DNA of 64,000 bases. Source: Macrostomum hystrix (taxonomy: Eukaryota > Animalia > Platyhelminthes). A program made the position numbers and the translations under genes. The stretch covers positions 7,378,001 through 7,442,000 of the forward strand of contig CATNEN010000038.1 of the NCBI GenBank assembly GCA_950097015.1. The letters are read 5' to 3'. Under the pieces are notes generated by a model. It did not search any database and was not told the origin of the DNA. It was given only the letters and a program-made list of their open reading frames with translations. Positions 52,701 through 64,000 of this stretch are shown here, piece by piece (within the stretch, counting starts at the first letter, position 1; each line of letters starts with the position of its first letter).

Positions 52701-55700
52701 TCAATACACCTGATTACTGAATCAATATACCTGATTACTGAATCAATAAACCTGATTACTGAATCAATACACCTGATTACTGAATCAATACACCTGATTA
52801 CTGAATCAATATACCTGATGATTGAATCAATAAACCTGATTACTGAATCAATACACCTGATTACTGAATCAATACACCTGATTACTGAATCAATATACCT
52901 GATTACTGAATCAATACACCTGATTACTGAATCAATATACCTGATTACTGAATCAATATACCTGATTACTGAATCAATACACCTGATTACTGAATCAATA
53001 CACCTGATTACTGAATCAATACACCTGATTACTGAATCAATATACCTGATGATTGAATCAATATACCTGATTACTGAATCAATATACCTGATTACTGAAT
53101 CAATACACCTGATTACTGAATCAATACACCTGATTACTGAATCAATATACCTGATGATTGAATCAATACACCTGATTATCGAATCAATATACCTGATTAC
53201 TGAATCAATATACCTGATTACTGAATCAATACACCTGATTACTGAATCAATATACCTGATGATTGAATCAATACACCTGATTATCGAATCAATATACCTG
53301 ATTACTGAATCAATATACCTGATTACTGAATCAATATACCTGATTACTGAATCAATACACCTGATTACTGAATCAATATACCTGATTACTGAATCAATAT
53401 ACCTGATTACTGAATCAATATACCTGATTACTGAATCAATACACCTGATTACTGAATCAATATACCTGATTACTGAATCAATATGCCTGATTAATGAATC
53501 AGTTTACTAGAATACTGAAACAGTCTACCAGATTACTGAAACAGTCAACCAGATTACTGAATCAGTCTACCTGATAACTGAATCTATCTACCAGATTACT
53601 GAATCGGTATACCTGATAACTGAATCTATCTACCAGATTACTGAATCTATCTACCAGATTACTGAATCTATCTACCAGATTACTGAATCTATCTACCAGA
53701 TTACTGAATCTATCTACCATATTACAGAACTTACCATGGCGAAGTCCCTGGAAAACAGGCTCTTGAGAAACTTATTTGCGCTCTCCTGTATCAGCTTGAC
53801 TAGGTCGGCACTGAATGTGTCCCGATTCTTATCCAGGAAGCCCTGGGCACTGTAGTACACATCGCCAGCGAAGTGACGCAACCCGAAAGCCTTGGTGACG
53901 GCTGCCTTTGGCTGCAGGTAGAGCGCATTGGACGAATGATTCTGGTGCAGCTTGTGAAGCATTGTGTCATCTGTGCCCTTGGGGAATTTGGCTTCCTCAT
54001 CAACCAGTGACAGAATGTTCATAGGCTTCACAGCGATCAGGTCTAGAGTGTCCTGATTGTCGATAAACTCAATGTGCTTCCAGGAGATGCCCTCGGAGTT
54101 GTACTCCTCCTGCTCCAGCTTGAAGATGTGCCTCACAAAGAACTGCTGCAGATTCTCGTTGGCGAAGTTGATGCACAGCTGCTCGAAGCTGTTGATGCCG
54201 AAGTTTTCGAAGCCGAAGATGTCCAGCACGCCAATGGAGTTCATGTAGTACTTCTCAGCTGAGCGGCCCTTGTAGATGGCTGCGTTGATTTTATTCACGA
54301 TCCACACGAACAGCCGGCCGTAGATGCCCTTCACCAGTGCGTCTTTGACATCGGTGGCATAGTCTATGGACATTGGAGAGGTCACGGTATCGCCGCGGGT
54401 GAAGATTGTCTTGGTGGTGAGGGCCTCCCTCAAGCTGACGGGGCTGCAGCCAAGCAGGCGCGCGGCCCTGCCGAGCTCCTTGTCGCTGATTACCTGGCTG
54501 GCGTCAATGTTGTCAACCACGGTGGAGGCGTAGCGGACGTTGCCGAGGTGCAGGATGGACGCCAGCAGGCTGTGGATGTCTAGCGAGTCCTGATCGCTGA
54601 AGTTCAGCACCTGCAAATGGATGAATCCTGGGATAATATTCACACTCCTAACCCCAGACTGAATCCCACACCCGACCCCATACTGAATCCAACACCTGAC
54701 ACCATACTGAATCCCACACCCAACTCCACACTGAATCCCACACCCGACCCCATACTGAATCCCACACCCGAACCCACACTGAATCCAACACCCAACTCCA
54801 CACTGAATCCAACACCCGAACCCATACTGAATCCCACACCCGAACCCACACTGAATCCCACACCCAACTCCACACTGAATCTAACACCCAACCCCAGACT
54901 GAATCCCACACCCAACTCCACACTGAATCCCACACCCAACCCCAGACTGAATCCCACACCCAACTCCACACTGAATCCCACACCCAACCCCAGACTGAAT
55001 CCCACACCCAACTCCACACTGAATCCCACACCCGAACCCACACTGAATCCCACACCCGAACCCACACTGAATCCCACACCCGAACCCACACTGAATCCCA
55101 CACCCGAACCCACACTGAATCCCACACCTAACCCCATACCAGCCCCAATCCGCGGTGCTCGCACCTTCATAGCGCTCTTGATGCCCGCGTACTCCATCGC
55201 GTCGTCGCGGCCGTCGACACAGACGTCGCCGCCCTGCAGCAGATAGTGATACTCGCCGGCGTGGCCCAGCTCCAGAGCCGCCCGCTCCTGAGGCGTCATG
55301 CCCGCCAGCATGCAGTAGAATATGTGATAATTTCGCTCGCCCTGGGCCTGAGTCACAATACGGGACTTCTCAAGCAAATACTGCTCAATCTTGGCGCCTT
55401 CGATGCACCATTTGCCGTTGAAGTGAATGTCGATGTACTTGCCAAAGCGAGACGAGTTGTCGTTGCGAATAGTCTTGGCGTTGCCGAATGCTGAGTGTCA
55501 GGAGATGGAATGGAAGGATGGAATGCTTGGGTCAGCTAATCCTTAAAATATTACACATTAAAAAGATCAGACTCAAAACCTCACATCTGAGATTTATCTG
55601 AATCAAAATCTCCCTCGTTTGATTGATCTGAATCAAAATCTCTCTCGTTAGATTGATCTGAATCACAATCTCACTCGTTTGATTGATCTGAATCAAAATC

Positions 55701-58700
55701 TCACTCGTTAGATTGATCTGAATCAAAATCTCTCTCGTTAGATTGATCTGAATATAAATCTCACTCGTTTGATTGATCTGAATCAAAATCTCACTCGTTA
55801 GATTGATCTGAATCAAAATCTCTCTCGTTAGATTGATAAAACTCAAAACCTCACACATTATATTGATCAGAATCACAATCTCACTCGTTAGATTGATCTG
55901 AATATAAATCTCACTCGTTTGATTGATCTGAATATAAATCTCACACCTTAGATTAATCAGAATCAAAATCTCACTCGTTAGGTTGATTAGAATTAGAATC
56001 TCACTCGTTAGATTGATCAGAATTATAATCTCACTCGTTAGATTGATCAGAATTATAATCTCACTCGTTAGATTGATCAGAATTATAATCTCACTCGTTA
56101 GATTGATCAGAATTATAATCTCACTCGTTAGATTGATCAGAATTATAATCTCACTCGTTAGATTGATCAGAATTATAATCTCACTCGTTAGATTGATCAG
56201 AATATAAATCTTACTCGTTAGATTGATTCAGAATCTAAATCTCACACCTTAGATTAATCAGAATCAAAATCTCATTCGTAAGTTTGATTAGAATCAAAAT
56301 CTCACACCATAGATCGATCATATTAAAAAGAGTAAGCCAGTGCTCACCTTCCATGATGGGATTTGAGTCCAGTATCTGCTGCTCAATCCACGAGTGCTGG
56401 CCGGACACAGCGGCCAGGAACTGCAGGATAAGCTTGGTGCTCTCAGTCTTGCCCGCACCACTTTCTCCGCTGATGATGATGCACTGGTCGCGCTGGTAGC
56501 GGCGCATGTTGTTGTAGGCGTTGTCACCGATGGCAAAGATGTGCGGCGGCAATTCGCCAATCTTTCTGTCGCGGTAGGCCTGCAGGTGCAAGGTCATGTC
56601 AATATTGAGAGTCATGTCATTGATCAGTGTCATGTCATTGATGAGTGTCATGTCATTGATCAGTGTCATGTCATTTGATGAGTGTCATGTCATTGATCAG
56701 TGTCATGTCATTTGATGAGCCTCATGTCATTTGATGAGCCTCATGTCATATGATCAGTGTCATGTCATTGATGAGTGTCATGTCATTGATCAGTGTCATG
56801 TCATTGATCAGTGTCATGTCATTGATGAGTGTCATGTCATTGATCAGTGTCATGTCATTGATGAGTGTCATGTCATATGATCAGTGTCATGTCATATGAT
56901 CAGTGTCATGTCATTGATAAGCGTCATCTCATTGGTGAGCGTCATGTCATATGATCAGTGTCATGTCATTGATAAGCGTCATCTCATTGGTGAGCGTCAT
57001 GTCATTGATAAGCGTCATGTCATTGATCAGTGTCATGTCATATGATGAGCGTCATGTCACTGATGAGCGTCATGTCATTGATGAGCGTCATGTCATATGA
57101 TCAGTGTCATGTCATATGATCAGTGTCATGTCATTGATGAGTGTCATGTCATTGATCAGTGTCATGTCATTGATGAGTGTCATGTCATTGATGAGTGTCA
57201 TGTCATTGATGAGTGTCATGTCATTGATCAGTGTCATGTCATTGATGAGTGTCATGTCATTGATGAGTGTCATGTCATTGATCAGTGTCATGTCATATGA
57301 TCAGTGTCATGTCATTGATCAGTGTCATGTCATTGATGAGTGTCATGTCATTGATCAGTGTCATGTCATTGATAAGCGTCATGTCATTGATGAGTGTCAT
57401 GTCATTGATGAGAGTCATGTCATTGATGAGTGTCATGTCATTGATGAGAGTCATGTCATTGATGAGTGTCATGTCATTGATGAGTGTCATGTCATTGATG
57501 AGTGTCATGTCATTGATGAGTGTCATGTCATTGATCAGTGTCATGTCATTGATGAGTGTCATGTCATTGATGAGTGTCATGTCATTGATGAGTGTCATGT
57601 CATTGATCAGTGTCATGTCATATGATCAGTGTCATGTCATTGATCAGTGTCATGTCATTGATGAGTGTCATGTCATCGATCAGTGTCATGTCATTGATAA
57701 GCGTCATGTCATTGATGAGTGTCATGTCATTGATGAGAGTCATGTCATTGATGAGTGTCATGTCATTGATGAGAGTCATGTCATTGATGAGTGTCATGTC
57801 ATTGATGAGTGTCATGTCATTGATGAGTGTCATGTCATTGATGAGTGTCATGTCATTGATCAGTGTCATGTCATTTGATGAGCCTCATGTCACTGATGAG
57901 CGTCATGTCATTGATGAGCGTCATGTCATTGATGAGCGTCATGTCATATGATCAGTGTCATGTCATTGATGAGCGTCATGTCATATGATCAGTGTCATGT
58001 CATTGATGAGTGTCATGTCATTGATCAGTGTCATGTCATATGATCAGTGTCATGTCATTGATCAGTGTCATGTCACTGATGAGCGTCATGTCACTGATGA
58101 GCGTCATGTCACTGATGAGCGTCATGTCATTGATGAGCGTCATGTCATTGATCAGTGTCATGTCATTGATGAGCGTCATGTCATTGATCAGTGTCATGTC
58201 ATATGATGAGCGTCATGTCACTGATGAGCGTCATGTCACTGATGAGCGTCATGTCACTGATGAGCGTCATGTCATTGATGAGCGTCATGTCATTGATGAG
58301 TGTCATGTCATTGATGAGTGTCATGTCATTGATGAGTGTCATGTCATTGATGAGTGTCATGTCATTGATGAGCGTCATGTCATTGATGAGTGTCATGTCA
58401 TTGATGAGTGTCATGTCATTGATGAGCGTCATGTCATTGATGAGCGTCATGTCATATGATCAGTGTCATGTCATTGATAAGCGTCATCTCATTGGTGAGC
58501 GTCATGTCATATGATCAGTGTCATGTCATTGATAAGCGTCATCTCATTGGTGAGCGTCATGTCATTGATAAGCGTCATGTCATTGATCAGTGTCATGTCA
58601 TATGATGAGCGTCATGTCACTGATGAGCGTCATGTCATTGATGAGCGTCATGTCATATGATCAGTGTCATGTCATATGATCAGTGTCATGTCATATGATC

Positions 58701-61700
58701 AGTGTCATGTCATTGATGAGCGTCATGTCATATGATCAGTGTCATGTCATATGATCAGTGTCATGTCATTGATGAGCGTCATGTCATTGATGAGCGTCAT
58801 GTCATTGATGAGCGTCATGTCAACAATTCCTGAGGTGATTATCGTTCACCTTAATCTGATCAGCCGTGTAGATTGGCAGCACCTGGTACGGATTGACGGC
58901 CACCAGAATTGAGCCGGTGTAGGTGTAGATCAGCTTGTGGTTGTAGCGGATCAGCAGGTTGCGCAGGATGCCCCCCTCATTGAGGTCCGTCAGGCTGATC
59001 ATGTCCTCAACGCCGTTGACGACCGAGGCGTGCATGTGCCGGATCTTCATGCCGGGCCGCAGCCAGAACTCCTGATGGCGAGTGGCGGAGACAGGCGCTG
59101 GATTGGAAACCTACCCAATATCCACCCCAAAACCCTACCCAATTAAACTCCAAAACCCATACCCAATATCCACTCCAAAGCACTACCCAATATAAACTCC
59201 AAAAACCCTACCCAATATCTACCCCAAAACCCTACCCAATATCCACCCCAAAACCCTACCCAATATCCACTCCAAAACCCTACCCAATATCCACCCCAAA
59301 ACCCTACCCAATACCCACCCCAAAACCCTACTCAATATCCACCCCAAAACCCTACCCAATATCCACCCCAAAACCCTACCCAACATCAACCCCAAAACCC
59401 TACCCAATATCCACCCCAAAACCCTACCCAATATCCACTCCAAAACCCTACCCAATATCCACCCCAAAACCCTACCCAATATCCACTCCAAAAATCTACC
59501 CAATATCCACTCCAAAAATCTACCCAATATCCACCCCAAAACCCTACCCAATATCCACTCCAAAACCCTACCCAATATCCACCCCAAAACCCTACCCAAT
59601 ATCCACCCCAAAACCCTACCCAATATCCACCCCAAAACCCTACCCAATATCCACTCCAAAACCCTACCCAATATCCACCCCAAAACCCTACCCAATATCC
59701 ACCCCATAACCCTACCCAATATCCACCCCATAACCCTACCCAATATCCACCCCAAAACCCTACCCAATATCCACTCCAAAAATCTACCCAATATCCACAC
59801 CAAAACCCTACCCAATATCCACCCCAAAACCCTACCCAATATCCACCCCAAAACCCTTCACAATATGCACCCCAAAAACCTGCCCAATAATAAATCAAAA
59901 ACCTACCCAAAATCCACCCCAAAACCCAAAGCCTAACATTCTCGAGATTGCGCCAGATCAAACCACAGAGAGGGAACCCTGGCACGCACCTTTCCGTCGT
60001 CATCGATGACCTGAATCTGACCGGAGGCCGAGTACTTCACCCGGGCCCCGATCGGCACTTCAAACGGACCCGGCTTGTCCGGCTCAATCCAGATGTGGTC
60101 GCCCTGGATATTTGAAAAACCATTTGAATCAGATTGACTGTCGATTCGAGCAATCCTAACTAAGAATCTACTTTTCCTTCCAGTTTCGTTTCTAGCTGCG
60201 ATTCTAGCTGCAATTCTAGCTTCTTTTCTAGCTGCGATTCTAGCTCCGCTCCCAGCTGCGATTCTGGCTTCGCTTCCAGCTGCGATTCTAGCTGCGATTC
60301 TAGCTTCTTTTCTAGCTGCGTTTCTAGCTCCGCTTCCAGCTGCGATTCTGGCTTCGCTTCCAGCTGCGATTCTGGCTTCGCTTCCAGCTGCGATTCTGGC
60401 TTCGCTTCCAGCTGCGATTCTAGCTTCTTTTCTAGCTGCGATTCTAGCTTCTTTTCTAGCTGCGATTCTAGCTTCTTTTCTAGCTCTGCTTCCAGCTGCG
60501 ATTCTAACTTCGCTTCCAGCTTCGATTCTAGCTATGATTTTAGGTACGCATTGCTTCTGTGAAAAGCCCCAAGACTTCAAATATAACGAATATTACGATA
60601 TTACGAAATGAAATTTGAAGCCAAAATACGGGCTCGTAAAAACACCACGATACTGCAGGCACTCAATGCGCTGTGACCAACTTCTAAAAAACTGCTTAAC
60701 AAATGTGACACTCAGGTAACAATACAGTCCGATTTCTGCTCTACAAACCTGCCGAATCACAACAGTCTTGGCGGCCAGGGGCACATTTCGGTGGCTGGAG
60801 GATCCTCTGGACGAAGATCGCTTCACAAGCTGAAGCATGACTGTCTCTGGCTGTATCGGCAAGTCAAAGTTCTGCGGTCCCAGTTCTAGATCCCTACTAA
60901 GACAGGCTCTTACACACCATGTTGGGATATTTAAACCCTCGATTCCCCACCAGATTCTTAGATTTAGTGTCCTGGTGGGTCATGCGATCCACCCCAACTC
61001 TACCCGCCTGTCTGTGGTCAAATTCCTGTCCCAAAGCACCCGCTAACGCCCAGAGACCCTGATCAACTCAGTAAATTATTCATTCTGGCCAGAAGAACCC
61101 GCACAGCAACTTGATTACTAATGCATGGACAGCGGAAGGTAAGCACCTGAGCGGTTGGGTATGTCCGAAAAGCTGGCAGGTAGAGTAACCAAGCCAAACT
61201 CTATACCCATGTTTCTTAGAAACTCGTTAAATTGAGTTGACACGACAATGATGATGGTAAGAATTCTATAGGAAAAGAAATTACTGATGTACAAAGTAGT
61301 AGAACAACTAGCACACGTCTAATCGGATCCAATCATTTTTTAGTCTTTAGAAAACCTTGTTTAAAATACTGAAAAATCATTGTCGTTCTACTAACAAGTA
61401 GAGACAAACAGGATATTGAAAACTATTTTTGATTTGTAATATTCGTCCGATTGCTCAAACGATTCTAGCTACGATTCTTCATACGACTCAAGATACGATT
61501 CTTCATACGACTCAAGATACGATTCTTCATACGACTCAAAATACGATTCTTCATACGACTCAAGATACGATTCTTCATACGACTCAAAATACGATTCTTC
61601 ATACGACTCAAGATACGATTCTTCATACGACTCAAGATACGATTCTTCATACGACTCAAGATACGATTCTTCATACGACTCAAGATACGATTCTTCATAC

Positions 61701-62460
61701 GACTCAAGATACGATTCTTCATACGACTGCAGCTACGATTCTTGTTAAGATTCTATCTACGATTCTTCATACGATTCCATTTACGATTCTACATACGATT
61801 CCAGCTACGATTCTTCAGACGATTCCAGCTACGGTTTTTCATCGGATTCTAGCTACGATTCCTCATACGATTCCTGCTACGATTCCTCATACGATTCCTG
61901 CTACGATTCCTCATACGATTCTTCAGACGATTCCAGCTAAGGTTTTTCATCGGATTCTAGCTACGATTCCTCAGACGATTCCAGCTACGGTTCTTCATCC
62001 GATTCTAGCTACGATTCCTCATCCGATTCTAGCTACGATTCCTCATCCGATTCTAGCTACGATTCCTCATCCGATTCTAGCTACGATTCCTCATCCGATT
62101 CTAGCTACGATTCCTCATCCGATTCTAGCTACGATTCCTCATCCGATTCTAGCTACGATTATTTATGCGATTTTTGCACAGAATCAATTTTAACTAATCA
62201 AAGTGATTTCTTTAAAGTCCAGAAAATACTCAACATAAAAAAGCAATTTCAGTTAGTGAGTTAGTCTGTACTTTTTGGAATGCATAATTAATTGCTTACT
62301 AAATTAATACTCAGCAATAACTAAGGACGAATGTCTATGCACACAATCTAACTCACTACAGACAGCTGGACTGATAGGAAAATGTTGCTTTTATTAATTT
62401 CAACTGTTCGTTTTTTAAATGCTTTGGCTAAAAGAAACTCACCTCGTGAAGTACAACCAT
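31793..62460 (-). CDS. MYO7A: Unconventional myosin VIIA (crinkled-like): motor, IQ, coiled coil, MyTH4-FERM, SH3, MyTH4-FERM; 21 coding exons, ~2193 aa
   Basis: Exons 62460-62443, 60103-59990, 59071-58850, 56579-56348 (P-loop GESGAGKT), 55490-55165, 54610-53735 (LDIFGFE), 50966-50553 (FVRCIKPN), 46961-46810, 45778-45451 (IQ), 44179-43725, 43336-42901, 42498-41902, 41569-41145, 39275-39106, 38872-38034, 37636-37448, 35331-35018, 34353-34287, 33282-33166, 33073-32990 and 31999-31793 (..[21 protein letters not shown]). All junctions are GT-AG with consistent phases; total 6582 nt. Confidence 0.96.
32030..32965. repeat. Intronic minisatellite, 22 bp unit
   Basis: GCTGGGTGTGAACTGCTGGTTA. Confidence 0.96.
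33318..34226. repeat. Intronic minisatellite, 12 bp unit
   Basis: GATTCTAGCTGC. Confidence 0.96.
34488..34998. repeat. Intronic minisatellite, 21-22 bp unit
   Basis: GTGAGACGGTATGAGATGAGGG. Confidence 0.94.
35399..37362. repeat. Intronic minisatellite, 50 bp unit, ~39 nearly identical copies
   Basis: GAAGTTTCAGCTGAGGAATCAGTTCTGAAGTATGGTGGGCTGTGGTCCCT. Confidence 0.98.
38888..39042. repeat. Intronic minisatellite, 24 bp unit
   Basis: GGGGATTGTGGCATGAGAGCCTGA. Confidence 0.94.
40115..41043. repeat. Intronic minisatellite, 19 bp unit
   Basis: GTTAGACAAGTTAGAACAT. Confidence 0.97.
42583..42830 (+). mobile_element. tRNA-derived SINE family B (CORE-like central domain), full-length copy
   Basis: A box TAGCCTAGTGGTTAGGGCG and B box GGTTCGATCC. 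Central GCAAGACACTTAACTCTGCATTGCTTCAG..GGGTACC. Tail GGTGGGTGTGGCGTCCCCC..TGGACTGAAC. Confidence 0.8.
44600..45372. repeat. Intronic minisatellite, 26 bp unit
   Basis: GGGTAGACTATAGAGTAGATCAAGAA. Confidence 0.96.
45870..46791. repeat. Intronic minisatellite, 21-bp unit shifting to a 20-bp unit
   Basis: CTGATTACTGAATCAGTCTAC then TGTTACTGAATCAGTCTAAC. Confidence 0.97.
47065..47283. repeat. 24-bp minisatellite, left part (split by the transposon)
   Basis: CACAGATCCCCTAATGAGACCATT. Confidence 0.93.
47400..47642. repeat. Left subterminal 52-bp array of the TIR element
   Basis: Unit GTGACCGTTCACTGTGACCATATTTTGTGACCGTTATGTTCAGGGTCACCAT, ~4-5 copies. Confidence 0.9.
48022..49254 (-). pseudogene. 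Coiled-coil plus BEN-domain-like protein with acidic tail, one in-frame TAG (transposon accessory gene)
   Basis: ORFs 48412..49239 and 48022..48255 are in the same frame, separated by a single TAG. Read-through gives [47 protein letters not shown], which resembles the BEN pattern L..lF..eeL...s..G....kp. Confidence 0.6.
49257..49960. repeat. Right subterminal 52-bp array (inverted relative to the left), ~13 copies
   Basis: Unit GAACGGTCACATGGTGACCCTGAACATAACGGTCACAAAATATGGTCACAGT. Confidence 0.92.
50103..50535. repeat. 24-bp minisatellite, right part (split by the transposon)
   Basis: CACAGATCCCCTAATGA(G/C)ACCATT. Confidence 0.93.
51299..51960. repeat. Intronic minisatellite, 19-20 bp unit
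   Basis: CTGAAGGATCTGAGGTAACC. Confidence 0.95.
52525..53718. repeat. Intronic minisatellite, 21 bp unit
   Basis: CTGATTACTGAATCAATA(T/C)AC. Confidence 0.97.
54642..55140. repeat. Intronic minisatellite, 24 bp unit
   Basis: ACTGAATCCCACACCCGAACCCAC. Confidence 0.95.
55560..56320. repeat. Intronic minisatellite, 30 bp unit
   Basis: GATTGATCAGAATTATAATCTCACTCGTTA. Confidence 0.95.
56592..58822. repeat. Intronic minisatellite, 18-19 bp unit, with higher-order block duplications
   Basis: GTCATGTCATTGAT(GAGT/CAGT). Confidence 0.98.
59108..59930. repeat. Intronic minisatellite, 24 bp unit
   Basis: ACCCTACCCAATATCCACCCCAAA. Confidence 0.96.
60188..60540. repeat. Intronic minisatellite, 12/24 bp unit
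   Basis: GCGATTCTAGCT / GCGATTCTGGCTTCGCTTCCAGCT. Confidence 0.93.
61459..62162. repeat. Intronic compound minisatellite, 12/24 bp units
   Basis: ACGATTCTTCATACGACTCAAGAT then ACGATTCCTCATCCGATTCTAGCT. Confidence 0.95.
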
Positions 62461-63395
62461 TGTGCCGAATTAAAAATCGACCTGTGTCAGTCAGAAAACC
62501 TGCAGTACTAGAGCGGCAGATGCACCAGCGATTGGCTGAGATTTCTAAGTGATTGCGACGGCAAACAGAGAAATTATCAAAGCCTCATTGCCCAGTTTGT
62601 GTCAGCCAATGCAGAGCTGGAACAGAAATCAAAGACGCGGGGAATCGTTTTCAATCTGTCAGTTTTCAAGCTCACACAAAGGGCGGTACCGCTAAGTTGT
62701 AGGCGTGGTGGACTGGGCAAAAACTGGAAATCTCTTTTTTTATTTCTTTCGAGCCAGATTTTTTGGGTGTAGCTCTCATTATAAAACTACTTATTCTTTA
62801 TATTTCTCTACCCGCAGCAGCAGACCAACCTCAACAAAAATCTTGCCGAGCAATATAATAAAACTGCAGCTGGACTATACTGATGCCGCTCAGCCAATGC
62901 TGCGAATAGCTGCTGCCTTTTTCTTTACTTCTTTCGCAGCTACAGGACAGGAGAGAGTAGAGAAGTTTTTAGTTTTTGGGTGGGCGCAAGCATGCAGTGA
63001 ATGGCAGAGGTGGAGGACTGTAGGAATCGGGCGGTTTCGGTTGAGCACAGCAAGAGCTCTCACTCCCCTATAGCTCGACAATGTGCAAGAAACTGCACTT
63101 TAAATAATAAAAAACCTGAACCCAAGAGCAGAACGGTTCTCAGAGTTAGAGAGAGAAAGCTTTTTGGCCTTAGAGCCACACTCGCGCAGTAGGGCGGGCC
63201 GAACTGCTCACGCAGTTCTCACATGCAGTTTTTGTTAGCACAAAATTAATTGCGTCAAACAGTTCTGATGTCAAATGCAAGGCACGCATCCGAATATTGT
63301 CTACGAGATTTAAAAAAAATCGAATTGCTTTTCGTTAACTTAAGCTTTGTCATTTCTTCTGATCTGATTTCTGATTTGCTAACTGGGAGGCTATA

Positions 63396-63648
63396 GGGAG
63401 TGAGTGGCAGAGCTGTCTAATGCGTTTGCCTCTCGCACCAGGCGGTTCTCAACCAATTTTGGGTGCATCCACCGAGATGGTTTGGTTGCTATTCTAGCTA
63501 TGAACGGGACTTGAGGGCAAACTTACAAGGCACAGTGAGAGTGTACACTGTCTGACGAAAGGACCAGTGTGAGTGTGTGCCTGTGTGCGGTATCTGTATG
63601 CGTGTGTGTTTAGGATTCAGTAGAATGTGCAGCATTGATTCTCGCTGG
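63396..63648 (+). mobile_element. SINE family A copy (rearranged)
   Basis: GTGAGTGGCAGAGCTGTCTAATGCG head and CAAGGCACAGTGAGAGTGTACACTGTCTGACGA body. Confidence 0.7.
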
Positions 63649-64000
63649 GAATAATTTGCTAGATGGTGGATATAATTAATTTCTTCAAATTAAAGATGCA
63701 AATACACAACCAAATGTGCGTGTATACCTAACAACCAGACCTAATAACCAAATAGGAATTTTTAATGATCATTGTGCTGAACAAGTGAGAGCTAACCTAA
63801 CTTAGTTTTTCATTCGATAAGTAGTCGACAATAAAATGCGAACATGATAGGCAATACATAAAAAACTACATAAAGAATACACTCAGAAAGAGTTCTACAA
63901 GGCCATGAAATCAAATGGAATCTGCAAGCCAATTCGTGCTTAGGGCCAGTGTACGAACGTAGAAGGGACAGAGAGACACCATATACTTTATGCTGGACAC

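Noticed and set aside
60590-61200. Coding or transposon remnant in myosin intron 1
   Set aside because: The composition differs from the flanks, but no frame gives a recognisable domain and no termini were found.

Overview
Eukaryotic (animal) genomic DNA with GT-AG introns and a very high load of intronic minisatellites. The style suggests a free-living flatworm such as Macrostomum, which is an inference only. Three spliced genes can be rebuilt by hand, all on the minus strand. (1) An anosmin-1/KAL1-like gene (signal peptide, Cys box, WAP, FN3; exons from 18590 down to 1975, 3' end not resolved). (2) One 4-exon gene that joins the 813-aa ankyrin ORF and the two Mab-21 ORFs of the track into a ~1407-aa protein with ~22 ankyrin repeats fused to a cGAS-like (Mab-21/cGLR) nucleotidyltransferase with an intact-looking catalytic triad; four tandem STAT/GAS-like sites lie upstream of it. 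(3) A complete 21-exon myosin VIIA gene (~2193 aa). Mobile DNA includes a non-autonomous Helitron with a PIF1-helicase fragment and a nested hAT MITE (8-bp TSD), a 2.8-kb TIR element (3-bp TSD, inverted 52-bp subterminal arrays) encoding a BEN-domain-like protein, a probable second MITE, and two tRNA-derived SINE families. About 25 minisatellite arrays explain most of the low-complexity ORFs in the track. A palindromic 17-bp motif recurs near splice sites in the myosin introns that largely lack arrays.
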